Assembly (NCBI RefSeq): GCF_006345805.1
Contig: NC_043026.1
Coordinates: 2,232,001 to 2,296,000 of the forward strand
Source of the DNA: Octopus sinensis
Taxonomy: Eukaryota
Length of the DNA: 64,000 bases
Reading direction: 5' to 3'
This document shows, piece by piece, positions 40,551 to 53,799 of this stretch. Position 1 is the first letter of the stretch. The number at the start of each line of letters is the position of its first letter. The position numbers and the translations under genes were made by a program. A model generated the notes under the pieces. That model was not told the DNA's origin, did not search any database, and saw only the letters and a program-made list of their open reading frames with translations.

Positions 40551-41395
40551 TGTAAGGACGAGAAAAAGCATCATCGACAGAACCCCTCCTTACTCACATG
40601 GAGTTCGTAATTGTCAAGTCTAACAAGGTGAATACCTTTTGAATATTTCAAACACATGTACAAAATACCATTTGAATCTACCAACACAAATTTGGTCAGA
40701 GCCTCTTTACTTGTTCTTGAAATGTTTGTAACGGCAAAGAAATTTATTGCTAAACAGTTTTAAGATAAAATATCGGCCTCAGCCTTTGTATCGATAATTA
40801 TTTGTTGCTATGATTACATGTTGTAGGATGTGAAAGGGGAACAATGCATGAAGTTTTAAGAAAGTATTTATTTACCGTTAAGCTACAATACCTTGCCTCG
40901 ACGAGCAGGTTAATGATACATCCAGAAGCATGCAAAGTAAAGTTTGTGTTTGTGTCCTCTTCATTGTTTAGTAGTAGTAATTGCTGAGAGAGACAGGATG
41001 ATGTTGTAAGAGAACAGAATTAGAGCTAGAGAGAATTGTAGGGTGTTGTCTCACAGTTGCTTTCTCCCTCTAACCAGACGTCGTTGAGTCGTCACCACTG
41101 TGACGAAGGATAGATATATCATTGAGAACAATAGATTTAGTTGGTGGTCTTGTTATCTCTATTCTAGCTTTTGGTGAAGTGGAAGAGGTTAGAAAGGGTC
41201 AAGTGGTGAAGACATTATTTCGGCCTAACTAAAGGCATCTGGAAAATGTAAAACTGCTGTCGGAGAAAAACCATTGTTCCACCGTGGGAACAGTTCTGTT
41301 GCAGTGTTAATTTAAATTTGGCTGTGGTGGATCGAATCTACTTCATGCATGCAAGATTCACTACATGTTCAAAATGTTTAATTCTTACCTGTATC

Positions 41396-41400
<5 letters not shown>
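40551..41400 (-). mobile_element. LTR-like repeat resembling the 20743 and 14500 elements
   Basis: Starts TGTAAGGA (reverse complement of TCCTTACA) and has similar composition; other end not found. Confidence 0.4.
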
Positions 41401-41491
<91 letters not shown>

Positions 41492-42009
41492 CGCGTGCGT
41501 GCGTGCGCGTGCGTGCGTGCGTGTAATATTAGAGGGAAAAGCAAAACCAAGGCAGAACGAGTATTTAGAATGATTTAATTAGAGCAAGGTAAACTTGAAG
41601 CCTTCCAGCCGCCTCTGGGATAACCCAAGTGGTAGGTTAGTTAGTCCACGCACTGGGTATTCCGTCATCAGAGACAAGGTATGAATATTTTAGACTGAGA
41701 AAATTTACAGTTTACATAAGGAATAAAATAGAAGAAAGTATTCTACCTTACTCTTTATTCTTCTGTTTTATTCTTTATAAACTGTAAATTTTCCCTGTCT
41801 AAAATATTCATACCTTGTCTCTAGTGACGGAATACCCAGTGCGTGGACATGCTAACCTAACGGACGACCAACTATAGCACTTACTCAGCGTAACTATTCA
41901 TTTAGACCACAAGCGAACTCACACCACGATATTCTCTCTCTCTCGCTCTCTCTTTATATATATCAGTAACGCCCATAATATAAGTAAGAAATATTTATCA
42001 TAGAAGCAT

Positions 42010-43440
42010 TGAGACTAGATATTTTACACATATTTAGATATATTTAATATCTATCTTTCGTGAAAATTCCAGATGATTGCAGTAAACACGTTGTAAGTTA
42101 CGAGGAAATAAATGAAGAATCTTCCAAATTGCAACAGCCAAACGTTAAGGGTCACTTAGAAAAGCAATGAGAAATGGAACAAGAACAAAAAGGAAACCCT
42201 TACTCTTAAGATTTTGTGACCATCCCTTTTGCTATCAATGCAAAAGAATGGAATAATATTGTTCCATTCGTTTTTCAATAATTCCCAGAGTTCATCTTGG
42301 TTCTTTGGATTCCTCCTTCGCGCTCCATCTCCAATAATCTTCCAAAGGTTTTCTATAGGGTTGAGGGCAGGACTTTCAGGTGGCCCGTCCATGAGATCAA
42401 CCCCTTCATCACACAAAAAATCTTTGATTCTCTTCATAGAGTGTTAGGGAGCGTTGTCCTGCACGAAGATAGGAGGTTGAACTGGCGAGGATCGGAGATG
42501 TGGAAGGGCATGTTGTCTAGGAAACTACTTGTAGATTTCAGCATTGAGAGTCCCTTGTAGGCGAATAAATGGAACAGGACTAGCAGCAGACATCATTCCC
42601 CGTATCATTACGCTGCCTCCATATTTCACTGTCTTGTTCACACATGCACGAGATAGCCTTTCGCCACTTTTTCGTCGGAAGTACATATCACCATCGGAAC
42701 CGATCACATTAAACCTTGATTCATCGCTGAAATGAACCTGAGACCACTGTTCTTCTGTCCAAACGATATGTTCGTGAGCGAAATGAAAACAGGATCTTCG
42801 ATTCTTCTTGGAGATCAGAGGTTTCTTTGCCGGTGCTCGAGCAAGCAAACCAGAACCTCGTAACCTCCGAGAAACTGTTTTGCGCGATACGTTGACAACG
42901 GAAGTAGAGCTAAACTCAGGGAATATCTCAGCAGCACTCTTAAACCTATTTTTCAGTCACTTGCTAACATTAATACGATCCTGTCTTGGTGAAGCTTTGC
43001 AAGGTTTACCGGTTTTGGGTGTAGCATCTGTCGATCCGGATGACTTAAAACTAGTAACAATTTGTTGCACAACACTTCTAGACCTTCCTACAGTATTTGC
43101 TATCACAGAATTTTATTTGCCCTCTCGGTGAAGGTACACAGGCGTTTGTTTTTCCCTACCGGTCGTCTGTCACAAGCCACCATGTTGACAGTTGAATGGT
43201 TCAATAATGTGAAATCATAAGAAGTAACTGTTAGCCCATTAATAGTCTTCTAAGCAACAAATACCTCGGTTAGTAGTTCATCTTTTCTGAGTGACTTAAC
43301 TTTTGGCCGCTGTAGTTTGGAAGATTGTTTGTTTATTTCCTCATAATTTATGGAATATTTATTCGATTCACTTGAATTTTTCACGAAAGATAGATATTAG
43401 ATATATCTAAATATGTGTAAAATATCTTCTCTCAACGTTT
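42010..43440 (-). mobile_element. Tc1-family DNA transposon, near full length, frameshifted transposase
   Basis: TGKPCK, KKPLISKKNR...FA, WSQVHFSDESRF, QDNAP, PESPALNPIENLW (DD34E type); long TIRs (tttacacatatttagatatat...ttcgtgaaaa and its inverse at about 43370-43421). Confidence 0.92.
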
Positions 43441-44385
43441 TGTTAATCTTCTATAATAACTCTTTCAATACACTTGTTCTTACAGATCCTTATATTATGG
43501 CTGTTACTGTATGCATACATACATATATGTATATGTGTGTGTGTGTATACACACACACACACACACACATATCTCATCATCATTTACGTCTGCTTTCAAT
43601 GCTGGCATGAGTTTGACGGTTTGACAGGATCTGGCTAGGCAGAAGACTGCACCAAACTTCTGTGTCTGTTTTGGCATGGTTTTTATTACTGGATGCCCTT
43701 CCTAACGCCAACTACCCTGCAGTGGTTAGAGCATTGCATGCACAAACATGGGGTAGTGAGTTGGATTCTTGGACCAGGCTGTGTGTTGTGTTCTTGAGCA
43801 AGACACTTTATTCCACATTACTCCAGTTCATTGCAACATCATTGGTGCCAAGCTGTATCAGCTCCTTTGCCTTTCCCTCGGATAACATCGGTGGTGTAGG
43901 GGGGGGGCAGTATGCATGGGTGAATGCTGCTCTTCCATAAACGACCTTGCCTAGACTTGTGTGTTGGAAGGGAACTTTTCCAGGTGCAATCCCATGGTCA
44001 GGGGCTCCTTTAAATATATGTATATACATATATAAAGTCCTGGTAGGGGGTAAAGATAGGATGAGTTCGGGGTTATCAACACTGTCGGATTCCAGACTAA
44101 GACTGAAATTTTTCAGGTATAGAAAATCCTGGTTTCCAGACAGTAAACCTTGGGGGTATAATTCTTAATCTTAGTTTTTGGTGTGGATATATATATATGC
44201 GTGTGTGTAGAGAGAGGGATAGATATAGGCACAGGGGTGGCTTATAGGTGCAGGAGTGGCTGTGTGGTACAAAGCTTGCTTCCCAACCACATGGTTCGGG
44301 GTTCAGTCCCACTGCATGGTACCTTGGGTAGGTGTCTTCTACTTGTGAATGGATTTGGTAGACAGAAACTGAAAGAAGCCCATCT

Positions 44386-44443
<58 letters not shown>

Positions 44444-44709
44444 TTGTGTGTCTGTGTTTGTACCCCCACCAATGCTTGACAACTAATGTTGTTGTGTTTA
44501 AGTCCCTGTATCTTAGCAGTACAGCAAAAGAGACTAATAGAATAAGTACTGGGCTTACAAAGAATAAGTCAGGGGGTCGATTTGCTTGACTAAATGTGGT
44601 GCTCTAGCATGGCCACAGTCAAATGACTGAAACAAGTAAAAGATTATTATAAATATATTGGATTAAGTCTTTCTTTGTTTGATTTACTTAATAGTGGTTT
44701 TGTCTCTAA

Positions 44710-44759
<50 letters not shown>

Positions 44760-44764
44760 TATAT

Positions 44765-45160
44765 AGGTGCAGGAGTGGCTGTGTGGTAAGTAACTTCCTT
44801 ACCAACCACATGGTTCTGGGTTCAGTCCCACTGTGTGACACCTTGGGCAAGTGTCTTCTACTATAGCCTCGGCTCGACCAAAGCCTTGTGAGTGGGTTTG
44901 GTAGATGGAAACTGAAAGAAGCCTGTCGTATATATGTATATATATATGTGTGTGTGTCTTTGTTTGTCCCCCAACATCGCTTGAGAACCGATGCTGGTGT
45001 GTTTATGTCCCCGTAACTTAGCGGTTCGGCAAAAGAGACCGATAGAGTAAGTACTAGGCTTACAAAGAATAAGTCCTGGGGTCGATTTGCTCGATTAAAG
45101 GCAGTGCTCCAGCATGGCTGCAGTCAAACGGCTGAAACAAGTAAAAGAGTAAAAGAGTAA
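44765..45160 (+). mobile_element. tRNA-derived SINE family A (representative). Other copies at about 8237, 11875(-), 16226, 16985(-), 28523, 35116(-), 35595, 44246, 46375, 53519(-), 54301, 57275, 59820(-)
   Basis: Head GGTGCAGGAGTGGCTGTGTGGTAAG...GGTTCAGTCCC (A/B boxes), internal (TA)/(TG) tract, tail ...CTCCAGCATGGC...GAAACAAGTAAAAGA; many copies on both strands. Confidence 0.9.
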
Positions 45161-45319
45161 AAGAGAGAGTATATATGTATGCTTCTGATGTATGTATGTA
45201 TGCAATATCTGTGTGTGTTTATGTATAGATGTGTGTGTGTTTATGTGCGTGAATTGTGAGAATCTGCAAAAGATGGCAAAGCCATGAGGGAGAGAAGAGG
45301 ATAACTCTGTGCTACTCAC

Positions 45320-45402
45320 CTTCAACAAAGTTTCTTTGGAATGTCGCTGAGTGGAGAGAATCTCTGATTGCAGCAACGGTTCAACACAGCTGGCTTTATA
45401 TA
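45320..45402 (-). promoter_or_regulatory. Putative TATA promoter and about 50-nt non-coding exon 1 of the CRISP-like gene
   Basis: TATATAAAG at 45402-45394; Inr-like GCAATC about 31 nt downstream (TSS near 45369); ATG-free stretch ending in a consensus donor AAG|GTGAGT at 45320/45319. It would supply the acceptor in front of the ATG exon. Confidence 0.6.
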
Positions 45403-45517
45403 GAGAGCTAAGGTACACTCACCCACACCCAACTACATGCACAGACACACCCATTACCCATTGCACATATTACAGATGTGTGTGTGTGTGTCATATAGTG
45501 TGTGAGTGTGTGTGCAC

Positions 45518-45566
<49 letters not shown>

Positions 45567-45575
45567 CATATATGT

Positions 45576-45634
<59 letters not shown>

Positions 45635-45882
45635 CATATATGTATACATATATATATATACATATATACATATATATATATATACATATTTATATGTTTA
45701 TATATATATGTGCGTATATATATGTATATATCAATGTATATATGTATATATCAATGTATATGTATATATATATAGGTACATATATATATATGTATGTATA
45801 CATACATATGTACATACATACATATATATAGACACACACATGCACATATATATATAGAGAGATAGATAGATATGAACATGTG

Positions 45883-45932
<50 letters not shown>

Positions 45933-45996
45933 TATAAGCATTAGCAGATGAGATAGATTGTACAGATGTCTTAATATGCTTTTACATATAATCATT

Positions 45997-46034
<38 letters not shown>

Positions 46035-47867
46035 TATTCATCAATTGAGATAATGATGCCATAATCCTTTTTATTCTATTAATTGTCAACTGATTTCTCT
46101 ATGTAAGTTATTGATCACAATCTCTCAATCCATTATTATTCTGAACAAGAAAAATGGTTCACCGCAAACGCACCCTTTTAAGACCAGCATAAACAACACA
46201 GACATACATACACAATTATACATACATTGCAGATACATACATGTCTATGTGTGTGTTTGTATGTATGTATGTATGTGCTTGTGTGTGTGTGTGTGTGTAT
46301 ACCTATAGGTATACATATATACACATATATCTATATACACATACAAATATGTATATATATATTTGTATGTGTGGATGGCTGTGTGGTAAAAAGTTTGCTT
46401 CCCAACCACATGGTTCCAGGTTCAGTTCCACTGTGTGGCACCCTTGGCCAAGCATCTTCTAGCACAGCCTTGTGAGTAGATTTGGCAGACAGAAGCTAAA
46501 AGAAGCCTGTCGTGTGTGTGTATGTGTGTGTGTGTGTGTATTCTTCAACACCACTTAACAACCGTTGTTGGTATGTTTACATCCCCATAACTAAGCAGTT
46601 CAGCAAAAGAAGAACTGGGGCTCTTTTCATTTGATTAAAATTCTTCAAGGAGCCATTCCTTAGCATGGCTCCAGTCAAACGACTGAAACAAATGGAAGAT
46701 ATACGTAGACATATATGATTATTCTGTTTTATTTCAAGATTTCCAGCCAATAGAGAAAGAGCTGGTTTCCAAACTAGATCCAAGACTCCTTTATTGGAAT
46801 CTCAGCAGCACCTTCAGGGCATTTTTATATGTATGTATGTATGTATGTATGTTTGTATGTATGTATTTTCATGCATATCTAAACATGCTCATATATATTT
46901 GTATGATAAACTTCTGGAAAGTTTTACAGATGTTTACAGTTCCAGTGATGGATTGGATCTACAATCTTCGAATCAGCTTTCCCCTTTCTGGTTTTGAGAG
47001 CCCTAATTTCTCAAGATTGGCATTTAGGCAGTGTGTTACATATCCCAGTATAAACCTGAACTTGTAATCTAGGTAAAGTAACTCTATATTTCTCAATAGT
47101 TCAGCAGAGGTGTTTTCTATTTCACTGATCTTTAGCCTTATGTTAACCACTGGACAGCTGTTTGTATGTGAGCATGTATGTATGCTTTAATATTTATATA
47201 TATATATATATATATATATGTTTGTATATAATCATCATTTAATGTCCGTTTTCCATGCTAGCATGGGTTGGACGGTTTGACCGGAGTCTGGGAAGCCAGA
47301 AGGCTGCACCAGGCTCCAGTCTGATCTGGCAGTGTTTCTACAGCTGGATGTCCTTCCTAAGGCCAACCACAATGTGAGTGTCGTGGGTGCTTTTTACATC
47401 CCACTGGCACAAGAGCCAGGGGAGGCTGGCAAACGGCCACGATCGGTTGGTGCTTTATACATGTCACCGACATACATATGTATGTATGAATATATGAAAA
47501 TATACAAAATTCTATTTTCACAAAGTAATTGTGACACAAAGAAAGAAAATTACATTTTACTGAAAAGTTTTCAGATAAAAACACAGGAAAAAATGGAACT
47601 CAAAGCACAAATATATAAATGCATATTTATTATTAATATTCATCAGAAGCAACAGAGTGACTCAAAGGCCCTGAGTTTCATGCATTAGCTTGATAAGTAC
47701 TAATACATGAAACTATTAACGCTTGAGTCACTTTGTTACTTCTGCTGAATATTAATTAAGTATGTGTGTGCATGTGTGTGTATGTGTGTACATACATACA
47801 TACATACATATATATATATATATGCTTGTGTGTATATATATATATATATATACACATATATACATAT

Positions 47868-47907
<40 letters not shown>

Positions 47908-47912
47908 GTATG

Positions 47913-47949
<37 letters not shown>

Positions 47950-47950
47950 G

Positions 47951-48036
<86 letters not shown>

Positions 48037-48137
48037 GTTAATCCAAACATGAAAAGACAAAGAGAAAACACAACAATGCGAGGATTTGGGGCAAGTATAG
48101 TGTTATTGCACACTCAGGAAAGGAAAGAAAGAAGGAG

Positions 48138-48174
48138 GATTTAACGTTTCGAGCGGAGCTCTTCGTCAGAAACA
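48138..48174 (-). ncRNA. Minimal hammerhead motif of the Penelope pLTR type
   Basis: guuu-CUGACGA-AGAGC-UCC-GCUC-GAAA-CG-UUA-aau; a second copy with core CCGACGA is at 18765-18799 (+). Confidence 0.7.
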
Positions 48175-48771
48175 TAGAAAAAGGAAAGGTCCAAGGAAGG
48201 GAAGACAGAGAAAGAAAATCGCGGTCACATATTGATGGAGCGTAATAGGTAAAGTGATGGAACGGAATAAAGTGTGCATATATTTCTTAGCTAGCTGAAT
48301 CTCTGCTGCAAACAGTTATGCTATGAGGGCTGCTCAATGTACCTAATCATCAAGCTCAGATTAGTTTAATTAAATGAAGGTTACATATCATATATTACAT
48401 ACACTGTCCATTCTTTGTTCTCTGTTTCTGCCGTCACTGCTTGAAGCTTACAGTCTTCCTACTCTTGCACTGTACCCCTATATAAAAAAGTGAAACCAGT
48501 CAAGTCAATAAACATCTTTAAAAGACCTCTGCCTTTTCAAATCCTCTTCACTCTATATTTTCACTCATCTGGTACCTTCCAATTCGACTTTGTTATATAT
48601 ATGGATGCAGTTAAATATATATCTAGTCACAGAGTGACAAATGGTTTCATATCCATAAAGTGCCTGGCTTTATAGACAATTCATCAGACTCTAATAGTAA
48701 AGGGTCACTCTATGGCTGGACACACTTAACTGCATATAAATACATTACTGTTCTATCTTTATATATGTGTG

Positions 48772-48803
<32 letters not shown>

Positions 48804-48972
48804 TGCCACTTTGTTCAAGGTGTTACCATGTGGATAGGTGAAGCGAACTTATATGCATTTTGCTGATTTAATATAAATCAACTAAATGCACTTAACTGTT
48901 ACCTGAAAGGAGACTAGGACACTTATCCAGAAGAAACTCGTCAGATTAGAATTTGGTGAAAACAATATTTTA

Positions 48973-50205
48973 TTGGGTTGTCCGGAAAGTTTGTGCCAAT
49001 TTATAGTAGCTTACCTTTCGACTTAGTTCAGAACATGGTTGTGTCCATAAAGTAGGATTTGACTACACCTCCATTTAGAGCACAGTTTAAGCTATCTTTT
49101 CGTGGAAGAAGGTTTATGTTCCTATAACCTGTGTTAATTCTGTAACCCTTTAAAATGGAAGAAAGTTCATTTTCAATACTTGATGGTTTTCTTTTACCGT
49201 AAAGGGAAAATGCTTCACAAGCAACCAAAGAAATATGCGCAGTTTATGGTGATGTTTCTTTATCTGAAAGAACTGTACGGAAGTGGTTCACAAGGTTCCG
49301 AGCTGGAGATTGTAGCCTTATTGATAAAGAGCAATCAGGCAGACCATCCACTACAGATGATGACCAAATCAAGTCATTAATTGAGAATAACCCACATTGG
49401 ACAACCCGAGAATTGGCAGAAAGCCTCAACCTATCAAAATCCGTTATTCATGAGCACCTGGTAAAGTTTGGGTACACAAAACGCTACGACGTTTGGGTAC
49501 CACAAGAGTTGAGTGAGAAGAATCTTTTGGAGTGAAAATGCGTCTTTTTTAAAGCAAATTGTGACAGGTGATGAGAAATGGATTATCTACTGAAATGTTC
49601 AGAGAAAGCGATCCTGGAGTAAGCGACATGAGCCACCCTTAGCGACCCCCGAAGTGCGTCTTCACCCTAAAAAAGTCTTACTTTGTATCTGGTGGAATTG
49701 GAAAGGAATTCTGTACTATGAACTACCAGACAATAAATTCTGAGGAATATTGCTCACAACTGGACAAGTTAAAAGCAGCAATTCAAGAGAAACGTCCAGA
49801 ATTGGCCAACAGGAAGGGTGTTGTTTTCCAACATGATAATGCAAGACCGCACGTTTCTTTGGAAACCAGACAAAAATTGCTGCAGCTTGGCTGGGATGTG
49901 TTACCCCACCCTCCATATTCACCAGATATTGCTCCTTTGGATTTCTACTTATTCAGGTCTCTGCAGAATAGTCTTAATGGTAAAAATTTAAATTCCTTGG
50001 ATGACATAAAAAGATACCTTGATGAATTCTTGGCCATGAAACCACCTCACTTCTGGGAAGAGGGTATTTTCAAGTTAAAGGAAAGATGGAGACGCATTGT
50101 GCAACAAAATGGTTCATATTTGGTTCATTAAAAATGTAAATGGCAAGTATTTATTGACCTTTTACTTTCCTTTAAAAATCGGCACAAACTTTCTGGACAA
50201 CTAAA
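48973..50205 (+). mobile_element. Mariner transposon, near full length, pseudogenised
   Basis: TA TSDs; TIRs TTGGGTTGTCCGGAAAGTTTGTGCC / GGCACAAACTTTCTGGACAACTAAA; WVPQEL, IVTGDEKW, HDNARPH, HPPYSPDIAPLD (DD34D type); internal stops. Confidence 0.95.
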
Positions 50206-50453
50206 TAACAAATAAATTATGAATACGTATAATTCTCCATTCTTCTCTATAATGTCTTCATTATATACTCTGCATGTTGACTGAAATCTCATGAAATGAA
50301 CTCAAGATTTACCTAACGAATGAAGGACAGTTTAATCGTTTATCTTAAATGATTCTAAAGGCTCTCTAATATTCAATGTAGTTAGTCAAATCTGGATAGT
50401 ATCACAGTGCTCATAAGGTACCTGCCTGGATTTCAAATCCCTATTCCTTTATG

Positions 50454-50490
<37 letters not shown>

Positions 50491-50526
50491 TATATACACA
50501 CATATATATACATATAGATATATTTA

Positions 50527-50865
50527 GGGAAGAGGATTTGGAGCTGCAAAGGTCTTTTAAAGATGTTTATTGACTGGACTGGTTTCAATTTTTAAAAACA
50601 AATTTTAAAAATAAAATGCAAGGCTCTGAGTAGCCTTTGTGGTGTTAAAAAATGGTTAACATAGATTCTTTAAAATACAGTTATAGAGTCTCTGACAATG
50701 ATATGAAATTGTTTCTTAACAATTTCATATCATTGTCAGAGACTCTATTTTATTATTAAATGCAGAGCCTTGCATTTTATTTTTAAAATTTGTTTTTAAA
50801 AATTGAAACCAGTCAAATCAATAAACATCTTTAAAAGACCTTTGCAGTTTTAAATACTCTTCCTT
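50527..50865. repeat. About 340-bp palindrome with a perfect 31-bp-arm central hairpin
   Basis: 50683-50713 is the exact reverse complement of 50718-50748; the outer arms also pair. Confidence 0.9.
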
Positions 50866-50915
50866 ATATATTTTCACTCGTGCAATACCTTCCAATTGTA
50901 CTTTGTTATATATCT

Positions 50916-50963
<48 letters not shown>

Positions 50964-51039
50964 GTAGGTAGATAGATAGATAGATAGATAGATAGATGGG
51001 CAGACAGATAGATAAATAGATAGATAGACAGATAGATAA

Positions 51040-51070
<31 letters not shown>

Positions 51071-51145
51071 TGTTTCTTTATTAGCCACACAGGGCTGCAC
51101 ACAGATAGAACAAATTACAAGGTAGAGCTTTTCTTTTGAAGGTTT

Positions 51146-51214
<69 letters not shown>

Positions 51215-52140
51215 GGATGGGCAGACAGATAGATAAATAGATAGATAGACAGATAGATAAATAGATAGATAGATGTTTGTTCCTTCTTGAGCCACGCCTG
51301 GCTCATAAGGGCCGGTTTCCCAGTTTCCTTGGCATATAGGTTACCTACCTGGACGGGACGCCAGTCCGTCGCAGGTGAGCTGCAAGATGCAGGAGGAGAG
51401 AGTGAGAAAAAGTTGTGGCGAAAGAGTCAGCAGAAGTTCTCCATTACCTTCTGCCAGAGCCATGTGGAGCTTAGGTATTTTGCTCATAAACACACATCAC
51501 CCAGTCTGAGATTCAAACCCGTGATCCCTCGATCACGAGTCCACTGCTCTAACCACTAGGCCATGTGCCTCCACAGATAGATAGATAGATGCAATTAAAT
51601 ATATGCCCAGTCATAGAGTGACCAATGGTTTCACATCCATAAAGTGCCTGGCTGGACATATACTTAGCTGCATGTAAATACATTACTGTTCTATCCTTTT
51701 AGAGTTTGTTTCTTTTCAGATATGTGATGATGTGTGTGTGTGTGTGTGTTTTAAACGAAATTATGAGTGCCAAGTGTGTTGGTATTCTACAGAAAAGAAA
51801 GGAATTCTTGAATGCAGGGTGGCTGTGATGATAGTTTAGAAAATTGGATAAATACCGTTTTTAGAAGATGGGAAAAAAAGTGGCCAGCAATCCTGTACAG
51901 ACAATCAGACCGTATACCTTTCAACTGCCAGCTGAGCACTGGGTACCATTAAGCCAAGAGATCCCTGGCAACAATTACCATCTTCGGGCAATGCTAATTA
52001 ATAGCTCTTGGAATGTAAGATCGTTTTGTAAACAAACGTAGAAGCACTGAATGTGCTGGTATTTCACAGAAAATAAAGGAATTCTCAAAAGCAGGATGGC
52101 TGCGAAGATAGCTGAGACAATAGGGTAAATAGCCTTACTG

Positions 52141-52216
<76 letters not shown>

Positions 52217-52339
52217 GTATATGTATATGTATATATGTATATATGTGTATATGTATATATATATATATGTATATGTATATATGTATATGTATATATACGC
52301 ACATATCATTGTCATTTAACATCTGTTTTTCAATGCAGT

Positions 52340-53110
52340 CGTTCCAGATGTGACCATCCTGCCCCGTGTTCATTGTCATTGTTTAATGTCTGTTTTGCAT
52401 ATATGTGAATTGTGTATGAGTTATGTAAAGAAAAAATAAAAAAGAAAAGAGACCCATGGCTGTCTCTTGTAAACAAGTTTGGCTTTGTACGCTGCACCAT
52501 GCTTTCACCATCCTGTCTCATCCAGTCATAGTATACCAAGGGTTACATTTTCTAATGTAATCTTTGTTATTGTTGTTGATTTAGTTCTTCAGGTCCTCTC
52601 TGATTGCATTGGTTTTTATGATTGAAGGTTTTTTTCCACCTGTGACCATCCCATCTTTTATTCAGACATAGTGTGCCAAGGACTACACTATTCAATGTGA
52701 CATTTATTTTCATTGTTATTCTTGCTTTGGTTGTATAGTCTCAAGTCAGTTTTGATCGAGTGTACTTATAATTAAAGACAGTCCAGCTGTGACCATCCAG
52801 TCTTTTACTCAGATTAGTGTATGTAGGACCACATTGTCTAATATGACTGTTGTTGTTGTTGTTGTCCCTGCTGCTCTGCTTATTCAATCTTGATTTAGTT
52901 TACCTATAATTAAAGACAGTCCAGCTGTGACCATCCTGTCCTATGTTCAGAAACAGTGTATCTCGGTTTACATTAACTAATGTGACATTAGTTGTCACTT
53001 TTTCTGATCGTTTAACCTCAAATGAGTTTATCAATTATTAAAAAGTGCTCCAACTGTGACCATCCTGTCGTTTGTTCGTTACTTGATGTGATGTTTGTTG
53101 TCACTGTTTT
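52340..53110. repeat. Degenerate tandem array, about 130-150-bp unit, 5-6 copies
   Basis: Core (c)tgtgaccatcc at about 52350, 52504 (variant), 52641, 52788, 52926 and 53055. Confidence 0.8.
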
Positions 53111-53721
53111 TGTTGTTCTGGTTGTGTAGACCCAACAGCCCTACCTTAGCCTGCTCTTAATCTTTCATAAGGATAACATGAGTATCCGAATATGTTATGC
53201 GATACTCCTTCAAGTCTTCTCTAACAATAATAATATTAGTATTTTGATGCAGCACCAACCGAGCGTGGCCGTTTGCCAGCCTCGCCTGGCCCCTGTGCCG
53301 GTGGCACGTAAAAAGCACCCACTACACTCATGGAGTGGTTGGCGTTAAGAAGGGCATCCAGCCGTAGAAACACTGCCAAATCAGACTGGAGCCTGGTGCA
53401 TCCTCCTGGCTTCCCAGACCCCGGCCAAACCGTCCAACCCATGCTAGCATGGAAAACGGACGTTAAACGATGATGATGATGATTCTTTTTTCGCACTGAG
53501 GAGGAGACAGTAATATATACTCTTTTACTTGGTTCAGTCATTTGACTATGGCCATGCTGGAGCAGCACCTTTAATCAAGCAAACTGACACCCAGGACTTA
53601 TTCTTTGTAAGCTTAGTACTTATTCTATCAGTCTCTTTTGCCAAACCGCTAGGTTACAGGGACGTAAACACACCAGCATCAGTTGTCAAGCGATGGTGGG
53701 AGGACAAACATAGACACACAA

Positions 53722-53799
<78 letters not shown>

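Noticed and set aside
45095-45418. 107-aa ORF overlapping the putative promoter
   Set aside because: It runs into microsatellite and SINE sequence and is better explained as a non-coding exon.
49718-50131. SETMAR-like host gene
   Set aside because: No SET domain; it lies within mariner TIRs and the upstream frame has stops.
51868-52016. Possible plus-strand exon MGKKVASNPVQ...SSWN with ag/gt borders
   Set aside because: No recognisable homology or partner exon, and it lies between two repeat copies.
52340-53110. CRISPR-like repeat-spacer appearance
   Set aside because: Eukaryotic context, long spacers related to each other, degenerate repeats and no cas genes.
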